In this document: positions 41,504-53,725 of the stretch, in pieces
Layout: every line of letters begins with the position of its first letter
Numbering within the stretch: the first letter of the stretch is position 1
Assembly: GCA_963758295.1 (NCBI GenBank)
Contig: CAVWUU010000001.1
Span: 807,863 to 871,862 of the forward strand
Origin: Candidatus Eremiobacteria bacterium
GTDB taxonomy: Bacteria > Vulcanimicrobiota > Vulcanimicrobiia > Vulcanimicrobiales > Vulcanimicrobiaceae
Reading direction: 5' to 3'
DNA: 64,000 nt
Notes under the pieces: generated by a model
Told to the model about the DNA's origin: nothing
Databases searched by the model: none
The model's input: the letters and a program-made list of their open reading frames with translations, nothing else
Program-made: the position numbers and the translations under genes

Positions 41504-42280
41504 ATGCCAGCGCTGGGCGAGCGGTTTCGTGCCGCAAGAGAGGCCCGAGGCCTCTCTCTCTCCGATGTTGCCGAGCAGATTCGCATTCGCTCGGTGTACC
41601 TTAGCGCCATCGAAGACGAGAACTGGAACGCCATCGGCGCTCCGGTTTACGTTCGAGGGTTCTTGCGTACGTACGCGCGCTTCCTCGGCCTAGAGCCCGA
41701 GGAGGTGGTCGGCCAGTTCAATGCACTGAGTCCCGCCCCGGCTTCCACGCAAGCAAAGGGCTCTTCGGCAGGTGCGACTGCGACCGATTATCTGGGCGCC
41801 GAGCGGGCGGCCCGTAACCTGTCCCCGCTGATCTGGGTTGCCGGCGCTATCGCGGTTCTTCTCGTCGCCTTCGTCTTTTACAGCGCCCTAACCATGCATC
41901 AGCGGACGGGTGTACCGGCCGACGTCGCGGCAGCTTCTCCCTCGCCCGAAGCCTCGGCCGTCGTGAGTGCCGCTCCTGCGGCCGCTGCGTCTGCCGGGGT
42001 CTCGGCCTTCCCGAACGCCGTTCCGGGCGCGAACCGGGGCGGGGACGGTCCGCACAGCATCCAGCTCATTATCTCGAGCCCCTCATGGCTCAGGGTCACC
42101 GTTGACGGCAGTGTTAGCATGGAGGGTACGTTTCCGGCTGGAACGGTTAAGCTGTTCCACGGGAAATCGGCCGTGCTACGCATCGGAAATGCCGGCGGCG
42201 TTCAAGTGAGTGTCGACGGTAAGAACCTCGGCACCCTTGGTTCTGCCGGCGACGTGGTCGAGCGCAGCTTCGCGCTGTAG
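41504..42280 (+). CDS. rodZ: RodZ-like protein (HTH, TM, DUF4115)
   Basis: LGERFRAAREARGLSL...YVRGFLRTYARFLGL, a TM helix and LRIGNAGGVQVSVDG. Confidence 0.8.
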   Translation: MPALGERFRAAREARGLSLSDVAEQIRIRSVYLSAIEDENWNAIGAPVYVRGFLRTYARFLGLEPEEVVGQFNALSPAPASTQAKGSSAGATATDYLGAERAARNLSPLIWVAGAIAVLLVAFVFYSALTMHQRTGVPADVAAASPSPEASAVVSAAPAAAASAGVSAFPNAVPGANRGGDGPHSIQLIISSPSWLRVTVDGSVSMEGTFPAGTVKLFHGKSAVLRIGNAGGVQVSVDGKNLGTLGSAGDVVERSFAL

Positions 42281-42307
42281 GAATTCACGAAGTAATAAGG
42301 AGCCGTC

Positions 42308-42799
42308 GTGGCGAGCGAATCATCGTTCGATGTCGTGTCACGTATCGACCAGCAAGAACTGGACAACGCGCTGAATCAAGCGCGCAAAGAGATCGAAAAC
42401 CGCTTCGATTTCAAAAACTCGAAGACGTCGATCGATGGTGACGATAAGAAGATCACTATCGTTTCTGACGATGAGATGAAGATGCGCAACGTCATCGACA
42501 TCGTCCAGAGCAAAGCGACTAAACGCGGAATCGACATCAAGGCGTTCGACCTCGGTGAGATCGAGCCGGCAGCCGGCGGTACCGTCCGGCGCGTCATTAC
42601 CCTTCGCAATGGTATTCCCAAAGACAAGAGCAAAGCGCTGATGGAGAAGATCAAAGCGCTCAAACTCAAGGTCAGCGCGCAATATCAGGACGAGCAAATT
42701 CGTGTGAGCGGAAAAAACCGCGACGACTTGCAGCAAGTCATCAGCGAACTCAAAGCCATGGACTACGAGCTGCCTCTGCAGTTCATCAACTACCGGTAA
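42308..42799 (+). CDS. yajQ: YajQ family nucleotide/c-di-GMP-binding protein
   Basis: SFDVVS, NRFDFK, IRVSGKNRDDLQ and PLQFINYR. Confidence 0.95.
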   Translation: MASESSFDVVSRIDQQELDNALNQARKEIENRFDFKNSKTSIDGDDKKITIVSDDEMKMRNVIDIVQSKATKRGIDIKAFDLGEIEPAAGGTVRRVITLRNGIPKDKSKALMEKIKALKLKVSAQYQDEQIRVSGKNRDDLQQVISELKAMDYELPLQFINYR

Positions 42800-42809
42800 G
42801 AGATTAGAC

Positions 42810-44187
42810 ATGTCCAGCGTTTCGTTCGTCAGCCTCGGCTGCGCAAAAAATCTTGTCGACACCGAGGTAATGATCGCGAAACTCGGCGCCGCAGGCTACG
42901 AGCTCGTGGGCGACGCGGCCGAAGCCGAAACCGTCGTCATCAACACCTGTGCGTTCATCGACCCGGCCAAAGCAGAGTCGACCGAAGTTATCCTCGAGCA
43001 TGCGCAGCGCAAACAAAAAGGGCAGCAACTCGTCGTTGCGGGATGCCTCGCGCAGCGGTACGGCGAGCAGTTGCAATCGCTCATTCCCGAGATCGACGGC
43101 GTCGTAGGAACGGGCGCGTATGCGGGCATCGTAGAGTTGCTCGACGACGTGCAGGCCGGCAAAAAGCCGGTGCGGCTCGATTTTGAAGCCGAGCCCGAAC
43201 ACGACTTCCTTCCGCGTCTGATCACCACGCCGCAGTGCGACCGCATATCTGAAAGTGGCCGAAGGCTGCGATCATCCATGCACGTTCTGCATCATCCCGA
43301 AGCTCCGCGGCAATTTCCGCAGCCGCAGCGAGGAGTCGATCCTCAAGGAAGCGCGCGCACTCGCGCAGGGCGGCACGAAAGAACTCATCTTGATCGCGCA
43401 GGATACTTCGATGTACGGCCGCGATCGCGGCGCGCGCCGCGGCGGTCTCGCGTCGTTGCTGGCACAGTTAAACGACATCGAAGAGTTGGAGTGGATCCGT
43501 CTGCTCTATCTTTATCCCGCAACGGTCGACCGCGAGCTGATCGACGCGATGGCGTCGCTGCCGAAAGTTTGCAAGTACATGGATATGCCGCTTCAGCACG
43601 CGCATCCCGAGGTGCTGCGCGCGATGCTGCGGCCGAGCAACGGCGAGCGCTACCTTGAAATCATCAACGATTTCCGCGATCGCGTGCCGGGCATTACGAT
43701 GCGCTCTACGTTCATCGTCGGTTTCCCAGGCGAAACCGAGGAACACGTGTCATATCTCGAGGAGTGGATCGGCCGGGCGGAGCTCGATCGCGTCGGCTTC
43801 TTCGAATATAGCGCGGAAGAAGATACGCCCGGAGCGCTGCTTCCGAATAAGGTTCCGGCGCGCGAACGCCGCAAACGCCTCGTTCGTTTACGTGAAGCGC
43901 AACGGCTCGCATCGGAACGCGCGCGCGCGAAACGCGTCGGCACCACGGTGCGGGTGCTCGTTGAAGAGCGTCGCCGGCTTCGCAAGAGCGACCCGTTCCG
44001 CGCGGCGCTCGGCGTTTCGGAGGCGTGGTTCGGCCGTTCCGACGGTGAAGCGCCCGGCGTGGACGGCGGTATTTACTTCACGGGCGAGGCCGAGATCGGG
44101 TCGTTCGTCGATATCACACTCGACGGGTACGGTCCGTTCGACTTCTACGGATCGCTCGCAGCCAAGGAGTCTTTAGCCGTTGGGTAG
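42810..44187 (+). CDS. rimO: Ribosomal protein S12 methylthiotransferase, split by an apparent 1-bp insertion near 43234
   Basis: SLGCAKNLVDTE, NTCAFI and GCLAQRY in one frame; AYLKVAEGCDHPCTFC and the rest in another. Confidence 0.92.
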
Positions 44188-45600
44188 GCATCTGGATCCC
44201 GGTAACGATACCGGTTTGCTCCAACCGTCCGCGGCCGGCAAGGCATTGCTGCTTCGCCGGATCGCTTTCATTCTCGGGTTGGTGCTCGTCGGCATTGGAT
44301 CGCGTCTTCGCGGGTTTCGCGATTTTCAAGCACGAGAATCCCATGCAGTTCATTTCGCAGAGCTTCGTGCCTGCGCCGGACCAAGTTTTCGGCAAACCCA
44401 ATCTCTTGATTTTGGCTGAAGGTCTCGATTACGACTACACCGCCAACGACATCGAGTTTTCGACCAATTCGCGCAGCGACATCATCAAGGCGATCAATCT
44501 CGACTTCGCGAACCGCGGCGCTTACGTCGTTTCCGTACCGCGCGACATGCTTGCACGTTTCCCGACGGCTCGAAAGCAAAAATCAACGAGGCCCAGTCGG
44601 ACGGCGGACCGAAACTCGCGCAAAAAGTCATCGCGAACTTCCTTGGCGTTCCGGGATTCGACCGGTACGTCATCCTTCGCATCGATGCAACAAAAGATTT
44701 GATCAACGCGATCGGCGGCGTCGACGTCGTATGTGAAGACGTCGGACTGTCTGCAAGACCATACCGGATGCACCGGCGGCCGCATCGACTACGACGACTC
44801 TTGGGGCCATCTGCACATCCATCTCACGGAAGGCCTGCATCATCTCAGCGGCGAGCAGGCCGTCGCGATACGGCCGCTTCCGCCACGATTGGTGCAGCGA
44901 TCCGTGCCGCATCATGCGCCAGGATCAAGTGATGCACGGCGGCGCTGGACAAGCTGCGCGGCGACAAGCTGAACACGCTGTTGCACGCCGGCGACATCCT
45001 CGCGGTCGTTCGCCGCGACGTGCAGACGAATCTCACCGATAACGAAATGCTCGTCGCTCGCGTTCGTACTTTCCGGCATGCCGCAAAAGGATCTGCACTT
45101 CGGAAAGATCCCGTACACCGGCGACGTGATGCTTGCCGACGGCGACGACCTCATTCCCGATGATGCCGCTAAGGCGAAGATGGTGCAAAGACATGCTGGT
45201 CGCGCCGCCGACCCCGGCCGCTTCGCCCGACGCGATGGCGCTTGCGGCAATCATGCCCTCAACGTTGCGCGTGGACGTGAAAAACGGCAGCGGCGTCAGC
45301 GGTGCGGCGCGCTTGGTTGCGACGCAGCTGCGCAAAGCAGGCTTCACGATCGGCGACATCGGCAACGCGACCGTAGCGACGATCTCGACAAGACCGAGAT
45401 CGACGAACACTCTAAAGTAACGTTTGCCGGTGCCAAAGTGCGCACGCGCGTTGCCGGCGACGCTGCAAAACGCGACGATCACCGGCAGCGGCAGCGACGC
45501 CTCCGGCGCAACTGCCACCCCGAGCGACGTCACGGTGATCGTCGGAAAAGACCTAGCCGAGGCGGTCGCCGCCAATCCGGCTTTGAGTCCGCAACCTTAG
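44180..45600 (+). pseudogene. LCP (LytR-CpsA-Psr) protein with LytR_C domain, several frameshifts
   Basis: Fragments in successive frames: TM, SRSDII, VSVPRDM, KINEA, INAIGGVDV, LSGEQA..YGRFRHD...RIMRQ and VDVKNGSGVSGAA...LRKAGF. AAGGAG RBS before TTG 44180. Confidence 0.8.
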
Positions 45601-46426
45601 GTGAACCGCCGAATGCAAGCCGTTGTCGCCGCAGTCGTTGCCGTCTTCCTTATCGCAGGCGGCGGCTGGCGTATTTTTAAGCACGAAAGCGATCTAAAAC
45701 CGGCGATCGTTACGCCCGCCATGAACGTTCATAACGAGTTTTCGAACGACATCTCAAGCGCGGACGTATCGCGTGCTTCACGCACGCGGCTCCGACGACC
45801 GAAGCGATCGTCCAAAACTCATTGCGCTTACGTTCGACGACGGCCCTTATCCGATATTTACGCCTCTGCTGCTCGACGAACTGCGCGATTTGCACGTGCC
45901 GGCAACGTTTTTCTTGATCGGCCGCGATGCCGAGCAGTGGCCGGATCTCACGCGCCGCATCGAAGCGGGCGGCAACGAGATCGCCGATCACACCTACTCG
46001 CATCCGAATCTCGATCAGTGAGAACGCGGCCCAGGTGCGAGAAGAAGTGCTCAAAGGCCGCGACGTTCTGTGGAATCTGGTGCACGACGAATCCGGCAGC
46101 GCGACCTGATGCGTCCGCCGCACGGACGCTACACGGAAGAAACGCTGCGCGCCGTTCAACAGCTCGGATACCAAGTCGTCCTCTGGACGTACGACTCGGG
46201 CGATTGGCGCACGCTGACCGAACGCGAAATTGCGACCGACGTGCTGGATCACGCGACGGCTCCGGATATCGTGCTGATGCACAGCGGAAAGCTGGCTACT
46301 ATCGAAGCGCTGCCGGAGGTCGTCTCCCGTTTCAAAAAGGCGGGATACCAATTCGTGACCGCGGGCGAACTGCTGCGCCGGGTCTCGGCCGCATCCATCA
46401 ATCATCCCGCCCGCCGGTCCATCTAG
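45601..46426 (+). pseudogene. Polysaccharide deacetylase (NodB/CE4), frameshifted
   Basis: ALTFDDGP, ATFFLIG, HTYSHPNL, MRPPHG, DSGDW and IVLMH are spread over different frames. Confidence 0.85.
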
Positions 46427-46441
46427 GAGCTCGCTAGCCGC

Positions 46442-46605
46442 ATGCCCCGTCAAATCATCGACACCGAGTCCAGCCGTCCGGCTTACGACCGGCGCATGGT
46501 CGTCCGGTGGGTCGTCGTTATCTTGGTGCATTGTGATCGCCGCCTTAGTGGTGATGGAGCTACTCAGGTCGCACCATCCCGCGGCTGCCGGTGCCGCCGC
46601 CTTAA
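46442..46605 (+). CDS. Small single-pass membrane protein, probably frameshifted
   Basis: AGGAG RBS, MPRQIIDTESSRPAYDRR, then a hydrophobic stretch that continues in another frame. End position uncertain. Confidence 0.45.
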
Positions 46606-46665
46606 TTCCAGGAAACTTGCTCTCGCAAGGGAACCTGGGACCGATTCCCCAGATTAGGAGAGGAA

Positions 46666-47834
46666 ATGCTGCGTAGGCTTACCCTAGGCTTCGCTCTGGT
46701 TACTGCGGCCGCAGTTGCGGTTTCCGCATGCAGCTCGAACGATAGCAACAGTACGATTTCGATTGGTCCGAACTTCCCGTCGCAAACGCTGTATGCAACG
46801 AACTCGACGCAGAACGCGATCAACATCTATCCGCCGACCACCAAAGGAGGCGCGCCCGCCTACCAGATCGGTGGCTCTGCCACCACGCTTTCCGGTCCGC
46901 AGTACCTTACCTTCGATAATCTGAGCAATCTCTTCGTGACGAACTACAACGTCAGCGCGAGCGCGCTCTTCGATCGTCGAGATCAAGGCGCTTGCGACCG
47001 GCAACGTCTTGCCGTACAACTCGGTAACGCTCAATTCCAACGTTCGGCCGCGCGGCATCGAGTTTCGTATATGCAACCCGCAGTTGTGGCATCGGCATCG
47101 CCCGCGCCGGCGCTTGTCATCGCGGCCGTGAACGCAGGCGCTGCAAGCGGCTTCACGAGCCAGTTGCGTGTTCTTCACGGGACTGCTCGGCGCAGTTCCA
47201 AGCGCTCGCCGGTCCTAATACCGGACTCGACGTACCGAGCGGCGTAGCCCAGGACCAATCAAACAACATCTACGTGACGAACCTGCAGGGCGCGTCCGTT
47301 GAAGTCTTTGCGTTGCCGACCGCGAGCCCGACGCCGGTTCCGACCGCGACGGCGAGCCCGACGCCGACGCCTTCGCCAACGCCGACGCCGTCCGGCGCAA
47401 CGCCGAGCCCGACGCCGTCGCCGGTTCCGACCGCGTCACCAATCAACATCGCGCCGGCGCGCACGATCGCCGGGGCGGCGAGCGGCATTGGTCAGCCGAC
47501 GGGCATCGCGCTCGACTCGCACAGCACGATCTACGTTAGCGACGTTGCGGCCAAGCTCGGAAGCGCATGCGGCGCCGCGGCGTCGTGCCCGGCCGTGCTC
47601 ATCTTCCCAGCCGGCTCGAACGGTGCGGTTGCTCCGCGCGCGATCGTCAGTTCGTCGTTCCATGCGCCGACCGACGTCAAAGTCGATAAGTCGGGCAACA
47701 TCTACGTCGCCGATACGACGGCATCGGGTGCGGGCGTGATCTACGTCTTCCCGTCCACCGCGTCGGGCAACGTTACTCCGTCCTCGACGTACACGTCGCC
47801 GGGCGCCATCATCGGGATCGGCCTGGCGCCGTAA
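46666..47834 (+). pseudogene. Lipoprotein with NHL-like beta-propeller repeats and a Pro/Thr-rich insert, frameshifted
   Basis: AGGAG RBS, lipobox VSAC, and repeats GPQYLTFD...LFVTN, PTGIALDS...IYVSD and PTDVKVDKSGNIYVAD. Confidence 0.7.
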
Positions 47835-50463
47835 TCGGAGATCGAAGTTCGCACGTACGTCGATCGCCTTTTCGCCTTAACGCAACTCGCCGACGCCGTC
47901 TACTCCTGAAGAGAGGGCGTCGGTGATTGCGGCGGGAGCGCTCGCGAGTCTGCCGGGCGCGACGACCACGGCGCTCATATTCAATGACGAAATGTCGTTA
48001 CGGCTGTCAAGCCCGCTGGATGCGGCGGGCTTTGCGCTTCGTGACGGGTCCGCTGAATTGCGCCGCTTGTTTCTCCACGCGCTTGCGCGTTTCGGGGCGG
48101 GCGGCGTCTCGTTCGTTCCGCGCGGCCAGCAGCGCGCGTTTGTCGGCGTAAGTGCGACGATCGGCGAACACGATTTACTCTTCGTTCCGCTAATCGCGCG
48201 ATCGAGAACCCTTGGCGTCGTCGCGTGCACATCGACGGAGAACCGGACACCGGGACAAGAGCAGAACTCGCCGCATTCTGCGACGTAGCGACGCGCGTGC
48301 TGGATGCAGAGCGCGCGCTTGCGGCAGCGCGCCGGCAAACGCGCGATAGTCAATTGCTTGCGATGGTGAACGAGCGGCTGCATAAGTCGCTAGACCGTCG
48401 CGACGTGCTTTCGGAATCGTCGAAGGCGTTCGCGCGGCATTTTCCGCCGATCGCTGCTTCGTGTACGAACGCGTGGCCGACGGCGAAAATGCGACGATCG
48501 CCGCCGCCGCCTCTAAAGATTCGGCGTTCGCCGTGCAGCGAACGGTCGCGCTCGACGCGGATCTTCGCAAGGTCTTCGGCGGCCTCACGGTGCGCCGCGA
48601 TTCGTTCAACGGCGGCCACGTTTACGGTGAAACGGCCAAGCAGCGCGATGGCGATTCCATTTGTCGTCGACGGCCGCGTGGAAGATGCGCTCGTTCTTTC
48701 GTTCGATCGCGAGAACGGCTTCGAAGATGCCGATATCGCCGCGCTACGATCGCTGGCATTTCACGTTGGTCTCGCGCTCTCGAACGCGCGCCTGTACGAA
48801 CGCGAACGCGCGCGCCGCTCGCAGGCCGAGTCGCTCGAGCGAGTGGTGCGCATTCTGCGCGACACGCAGTACGTCGACGAAGTGCTGCTGGTCTTCGTCG
48901 TTACCGTTTCGCACGAATTGCCCGTCGATTGCGCTGCCTACGCCCTCGAAGGCGATGCGCTCGTGCGCCGTGCCGTGCGCATTCGCGAGCCGCGCGGCTT
49001 TGAACCGTCGCTTTCCGTCGAACGTTCGGTGCTCGAACCGTTTCTCGCGGTTGACGAACCGTCCGACGCGGCGCTGCTGCCGCGAGTCGCGCGCGATGCG
49101 CTTTTCGACGGACGCGGCGGCGTTATCGTGCCGTTGCGCATCGAAGGTACGCTCTGGGGCTGTTTCGTCGTGCGCGCCGCCGACACGACGTTCGAATGGC
49201 CGGCAGAAGAACGCTCGACGTTTTTCCGCACGCTCGGCTCGCATCTCGAAATCGCGCTTGCCAACGCGCACGCATACGAACGCGAATTGCGCCGCGGACA
49301 GGAGCGTGAAACGCTCGCGGAAGCAGCGCGCACGATCCTTAGTTTAACGGCGCTTTCGTCGCTTGCCGACGTTATGTCGCGTCTCGCTGCTTCGCTCGTT
49401 CACGCTAATCGAGCGTGCGTGCTGCGCTGGAGCGGCGACCGTTACAACGTCGTCGGAGCGTACGGCGATCATCGCCGACGAATTGGTCGAACGCAGCGGC
49501 TTCGACTTGGTCCACCGCGCCGAACGGCTTCCGAGCTTCGGTGCCGAGGAGCGGCGCGTGCAGCGCTTGATCGACGGCCCCGGGTACGTCGTCATTCCGC
49601 TCACGCAAGCCGGCAGTTCCAGCAGCGAGAACATCGATGCGTTTCTCATCGTCGGCCGCGACGAACACACGCGCTTCGGTCGCGACGATATGCGACTGCT
49701 GCAAGAGCTGGCCGCGTTGTTGGCCCTCGCCTTACGCAATCTCGAGCTGTACGAAGCGATGGGACATGCGAATCGCGCGCTGCAAGAGTCGAGCGAATTC
49801 AAAGACGATTTGCTTGCCATGCTCGCCCACGATTTCAAGGGCCCGCTTACCGTCATCTTGGGCTACTGCGAGCTGCTGCTCGAGCTAGGCGATCAGTTCC
49901 GTGAAGAAATAGAAACGGTCTACGCGCAAACAAGACGCCTCGTTCGGTTGTCTGAGGATGCGCTGGTCTTGGCGCAGACGCAGGCCGAAGGCTTCTCGCT
50001 TGCGCGAACGATCGTCGATCTCGGGGCCTTCGTCGCGGATTGCGTAGAAACGACCGCGCCGAACAACCCGCGGCTCGAAGTGGAAGTTCCGCCCGAACCG
50101 CTGCCCACGGAACTCGATCCGCACCGCTTCCGCCACGTGATCGACAACCTCGTTTCGAACGCGCTGAAGTACTCGAGCGGATCGGTGCAGGTGCGGGTTC
50201 GCGCGGAAGATCAACGCGGGTACATCGAGGTGAGCGACCGCGGGATCGGCATTCCGGAGGGTGAACTAGCGTCGCTGTTTACACGCTTCGGGCGGGCCAG
50301 CAATGCTCGTGATAAGGGCATCAGCGGCTCCGGTATCGGTCTCTACGTGGCACGAAAGATCGTCGACGTGCATCGCGGATCGGTCTCGGTACGTTCAAAG
50401 GAAAATGAAGGAAGCACCTTCGTTGTTAGCTTGCCCCTAGCGGATTTTGCCCGTCAAGGCTGA
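47835..50463 (+). pseudogene. Multi-GAF sensor histidine kinase, frameshifted in the 5' part
   Basis: GAF ends (LALSNARLYE, IALANAHAYE, LRNLELYE), H-box AHDFKGPLT, NLVSNALKYS, DRGIGI and GSGIGL. Exact start uncertain. Confidence 0.85.
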
Positions 50464-50514
50464 AGCCGGGAGTCGGGCCGAAACTATTCAAGCCGGAGAA
50501 AATTACCAACCCGT

Positions 50515-53181
50515 ATGGCATTCCTAAAAGCGATCTTTGACGGCAACGAGCGCGAGGTTTCTCGCCTCAGGCGCACGGCCGATCGCGTCAACGCGCTCGA
50601 ACCGAAGATGGCTGCGCTTTCGGACGACCAACTGCGCGCCAAGACGCCCGAATTCCGCGACCGCCTCGCTGCGGGCGAATCGCTCGATGACCTGCTGCCC
50701 GAAGTTTTCGCCGTCGTGCGTGAAGCCGGCAAACGCGTCCTGGGCATGCGCCATTTCGACGTGCAGATCATGGGCGGCCAGGTGCTGTACGAAGGACGCA
50801 TCGCCGAGATGCGCACCGGCGAAGGAAAGACCCTCGTTGCGACCCTTCCCGTTTACGCACGCGCCTTGGAAGGCCGTGGCGTTCACCTAGTTACGGTCAA
50901 CGATTACCTGGCACGCCGCGATGCCGAATGGATGGGCCCGGTTTATGAGTTCCTCGGCCTGACCGTCGGCGTTATTCAGCACGGGCTCGACTCGGCTGAG
51001 CGCCGGGCGCAGTATCAGTGCGACGTCACTTACGTAACCAATAACGAAGTGGGTTTCGACTACCTGCGCGACAACATGGCGTGGCAAGTCGAAGATCTCG
51101 TGCAGCGCGAACTCTATTTCGCGCTCGTCGACGAAGTCGATTCGATTCTCGTCGACGAAGCCCGCACGCCGCTTATCATAAGCGGTCCATCGCAAGAGTC
51201 GACGGAACTTTACAACAATTTCGCGCAGATCATTCCGCGCCTGAAAAAGGACGACGATTATACGGTCGACCAGAAGGCGCACGCGGTTCCCATTACGGAA
51301 GCCGGCGTTGCCAAAGTCGAGAAGATGCTCGGCGTGGCGAACCTGTACGATCAGCGCAATATCGAACTGGCGCACCAGTTGAACGCGGCGCTCAAAGCGT
51401 GGAATCTCTTCCATCGCGATCAGCAGTACATCGTCAAAGACGGTGAAGTTGTCATCGTCGACGAGTTCACCGGCCGTTTGATGCAGGGTCGCCGGTACTC
51501 CGACGGCATCCATCAGGCGATCGAAGCGAAAGAAGGCATCAACGTTCGCGGTGAGGATCAAACACTCGCCACGATCACGTTCCAAAACCTGTTCCGCCTT
51601 TACGATCACCTCGCCGGCATGACCGGTACGGCGAAGACGGAAGAGCGTGAGTTTCGCGACATCTATGGTCTCGACGTGGTTGTCATCCCGACGAATCGCC
51701 CGATGGCTCGGAAAGACAACTCGGACATCGTCTTCAAGAGCGAAAAAGCAAAGTTCGACGCCGTAGTCAACGAGATCATTGCCGAGCATTCCAAGGGACG
51801 CCCGGTGCTCGTCGGTACGCGTTCGATCGAAAAGAGCGAGCTGCTCGCGACGATGCTGCGGCGCAAAGGCGTCGAGTGCAACGTGCTTAACGCGAAGTAC
51901 CACGAGCAGGAAGCGGAAATCGTCAAAGACGCGGGACAGCCCGCCCAAGTGACGATCGCCACGAACATGGCCGGCCGTGGTACCGACATCAAGCTTGGTG
52001 AAGGCGTCGCCGATAAGGGCGGCTTGCACATCATCGGCACCGAGCGGCACGAGTCGCGCCGGATCGACAACCAGCTTCGCGGCCGGTCCGGACGTCAAGG
52101 CGATCCGGGTTCCACGCGCTTCTACATTTCGCTCGAAGACGAAGTGATGCGTCTCTTCGGCGGCGAGCGGATGAACGCGATCATGGAGCGGGTCGGTTTC
52201 ACCGACGAGCAGCCGATTGAGTCTGGGCTCGTTACGGGTTCGATTCAACGCGCGCAAAGCAAGGTCGAAAACCACAACTACGAGATTCGCAAACACGTTC
52301 TCGAGTACGACGACGTCATGAACAAGCAGCGCGAGATCATTTATGCCGATCGGCGCGCCATCTTGGAAGGCACGTTCGATTCGCGCGCGTTCATTACGCA
52401 GTCGCTGGAAGCTAAAGTCGACGAAGCCGTCGACGAGAACGCTCCGGAGAACGCGCATCCGAGCGAGTGGGATTTCCAGGAAATGCTCGACCAGCTCGAA
52501 CTCGTGTTCCCCATCAAGGCCACGACGACCGTCGACGAGCTGCGCGGTAAGGATCGCGAAGAGATTCGCCGGACGCTCAAAGACCGCGCGATGCAAGCGT
52601 ACGAGGCGAAAGAACAAGAGATTGGCGCGGAGATCATGCGCGTCGTGGAACAGCGCTACTTGATGCTGCCCATCATCGATCGCCAGTGGGTGGATCATCT
52701 CTACGTGATGGATCACTTGAAGACGGGCATCGGCTTGCGCGGGTACGGCCAAAAAGACCCCCGCGTCGAGTACGAAAAAGAAGCGTACGAAATTTTCGAA
52801 TCCCTGAAAGCCAACATCGCCGACGAAGCCGTGAAGGGCATCTTCCGCGTGCAGATCGAGCACGGTCCGCCGCCGGAAGAATTCCAACAGCAACAGCAAC
52901 AGCAGCAGATGCCGCAGTTCGAACCGATCCCCGCTGGTGCAATGGTGCCGCAGGCTTCGGCCGCGCCGCCGCACAGCCGTCTTTCAGATGCCGAAGCCGA
53001 ACAGCTGCTTGGCCCAATGCCCGGCGCGAACCGCAATCCGCAACAGATGCACACGAATTTGGGCGACGGCGAACCCGCTAAACCCGCACAGCGCAATGAA
53101 CCGAAGGTCGGCCGAAACGATCTGTGTCCGTGCGGCAGCGGCAAAAAATTCAAAAAATGCCACGGCGCAGGCGCTGCGTAG
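50515..53181 (+). CDS. secA: Preprotein translocase ATPase SecA
   Basis: [38 protein letters not shown] and SEC-C motif [19 protein letters not shown]. Confidence 0.99.
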   Translation: MAFLKAIFDGNEREVSRLRRTADRVNALEPKMAALSDDQLRAKTPEFRDRLAAGESLDDLLPEVFAVVREAGKRVLGMRHFDVQIMGGQVLYEGRIAEMRTGEGKTLVATLPVYARALEGRGVHLVTVNDYLARRDAEWMGPVYEFLGLTVGVIQHGLDSAERRAQYQCDVTYVTNNEVGFDYLRDNMAWQVEDLVQRELYFALVDEVDSILVDEARTPLIISGPSQESTELYNNFAQIIPRLKKDDDYTVDQKAHAVPITEAGVAKVEKMLGVANLYDQRNIELAHQLNAALKAWNLFHRDQQYIVKDGEVVIVDEFTGRLMQGRRYSDGIHQAIEAKEGINVRGEDQTLATITFQNLFRLYDHLAGMTGTAKTEEREFRDIYGLDVVVIPTNRPMARKDNSDIVFKSEKAKFDAVVNEIIAEHSKGRPVLVGTRSIEKSELLATMLRRKGVECNVLNAKYHEQEAEIVKDAGQPAQVTIATNMAGRGTDIKLGEGVADKGGLHIIGTERHESRRIDNQLRGRSGRQGDPGSTRFYISLEDEVMRLFGGERMNAIMERVGFTDEQPIESGLVTGSIQRAQSKVENHNYEIRKHVLEYDDVMNKQREIIYADRRAILEGTFDSRAFITQSLEAKVDEAVDENAPENAHPSEWDFQEMLDQLELVFPIKATTTVDELRGKDREEIRRTLKDRAMQAYEAKEQEIGAEIMRVVEQRYLMLPIIDRQWVDHLYVMDHLKTGIGLRGYGQKDPRVEYEKEAYEIFESLKANIADEAVKGIFRVQIEHGPPPEEFQQQQQQQQMPQFEPIPAGAMVPQASAAPPHSRLSDAEAEQLLGPMPGANRNPQQMHTNLGDGEPAKPAQRNEPKVGRNDLCPCGSGKKFKKCHGAGAA

Positions 53182-53189
53182 CTGACGAC

Positions 53190-53222
53190 GTCATCCTGAA
53201 CCTTCTCGAAGGACCGGCGCAT
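53190..53222. repeat. Degenerate single REP-like arm after secA
   Basis: GTCATCCTGAACCTTCTCGAAGGACCGGCGCAT resembles the array arm GTCATCCTGAGCTTGTCGAAGGACGGGCGCAT. Confidence 0.7.
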
Positions 53223-53261
53223 GCCGGGAATACCCGGCCATGCGCACGGGCGCTGCAAAAG

Positions 53262-53711
53262 CTAGTCCGCCAGATAGTACCGGTACAAATCGAAGTCGCG
53301 GTCGCGTGCGAAGCCGAGTGACTCGTAAAAGGTCATGAGGTGCGGTTCGCGGTGCGGAATCTCCACCATGATCGAACGCGAACCGTGTTCCCGTGCAAAC
53401 TTTTGCGCTTCCGCAACGAGGCACCGTCCCACGCCCGCTTTACGATACGGTTCTGCGACGTAGAGATCGCTCAGGAACCAAATGCGCGTTGCATACCAGG
53501 ATGAGAAGAGCGGGTAAAGTTGCAGAAAACCGGCCGCGTCTTTGCCTTCCGTTGCGAACAATACCACGGAATCTTGAAGTTCCAACCGCTCCGCTAGGAA
53601 CGGGCGCGTGCCGTCCATTGGTTTGCCCGTAAAGAACTGCCGGTACGCATCGAATAACGGGATTACGGCGTCGAGATCGTTTGTCGTGGCCCGGCGAATC
53701 GTGCTTGCCAT
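53262..53711 (-). CDS. GNAT family N-acetyltransferase
   Basis: LFDAYRQF, GFLQLYP.FSS, LSDLYVAEPYRKAGVG and FYESLGF. Confidence 0.88.
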   Translation of the reverse strand: MASTIRRATTNDLDAVIPLFDAYRQFFTGKPMDGTRPFLAERLELQDSVVLFATEGKDAAGFLQLYPLFSSWYATRIWFLSDLYVAEPYRKAGVGRCLVAEAQKFAREHGSRSIMVEIPHREPHLMTFYESLGFARDRDFDLYRYYLAD

Positions 53712-53725
53712 CGGCCTGGCCTTCG

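Noticed and set aside
43225..43240. Programmed frameshifting in rimO and neighbouring genes
   Set aside because: No slippery sequence or internal SD, and many scattered indels nearby favour sequence error.
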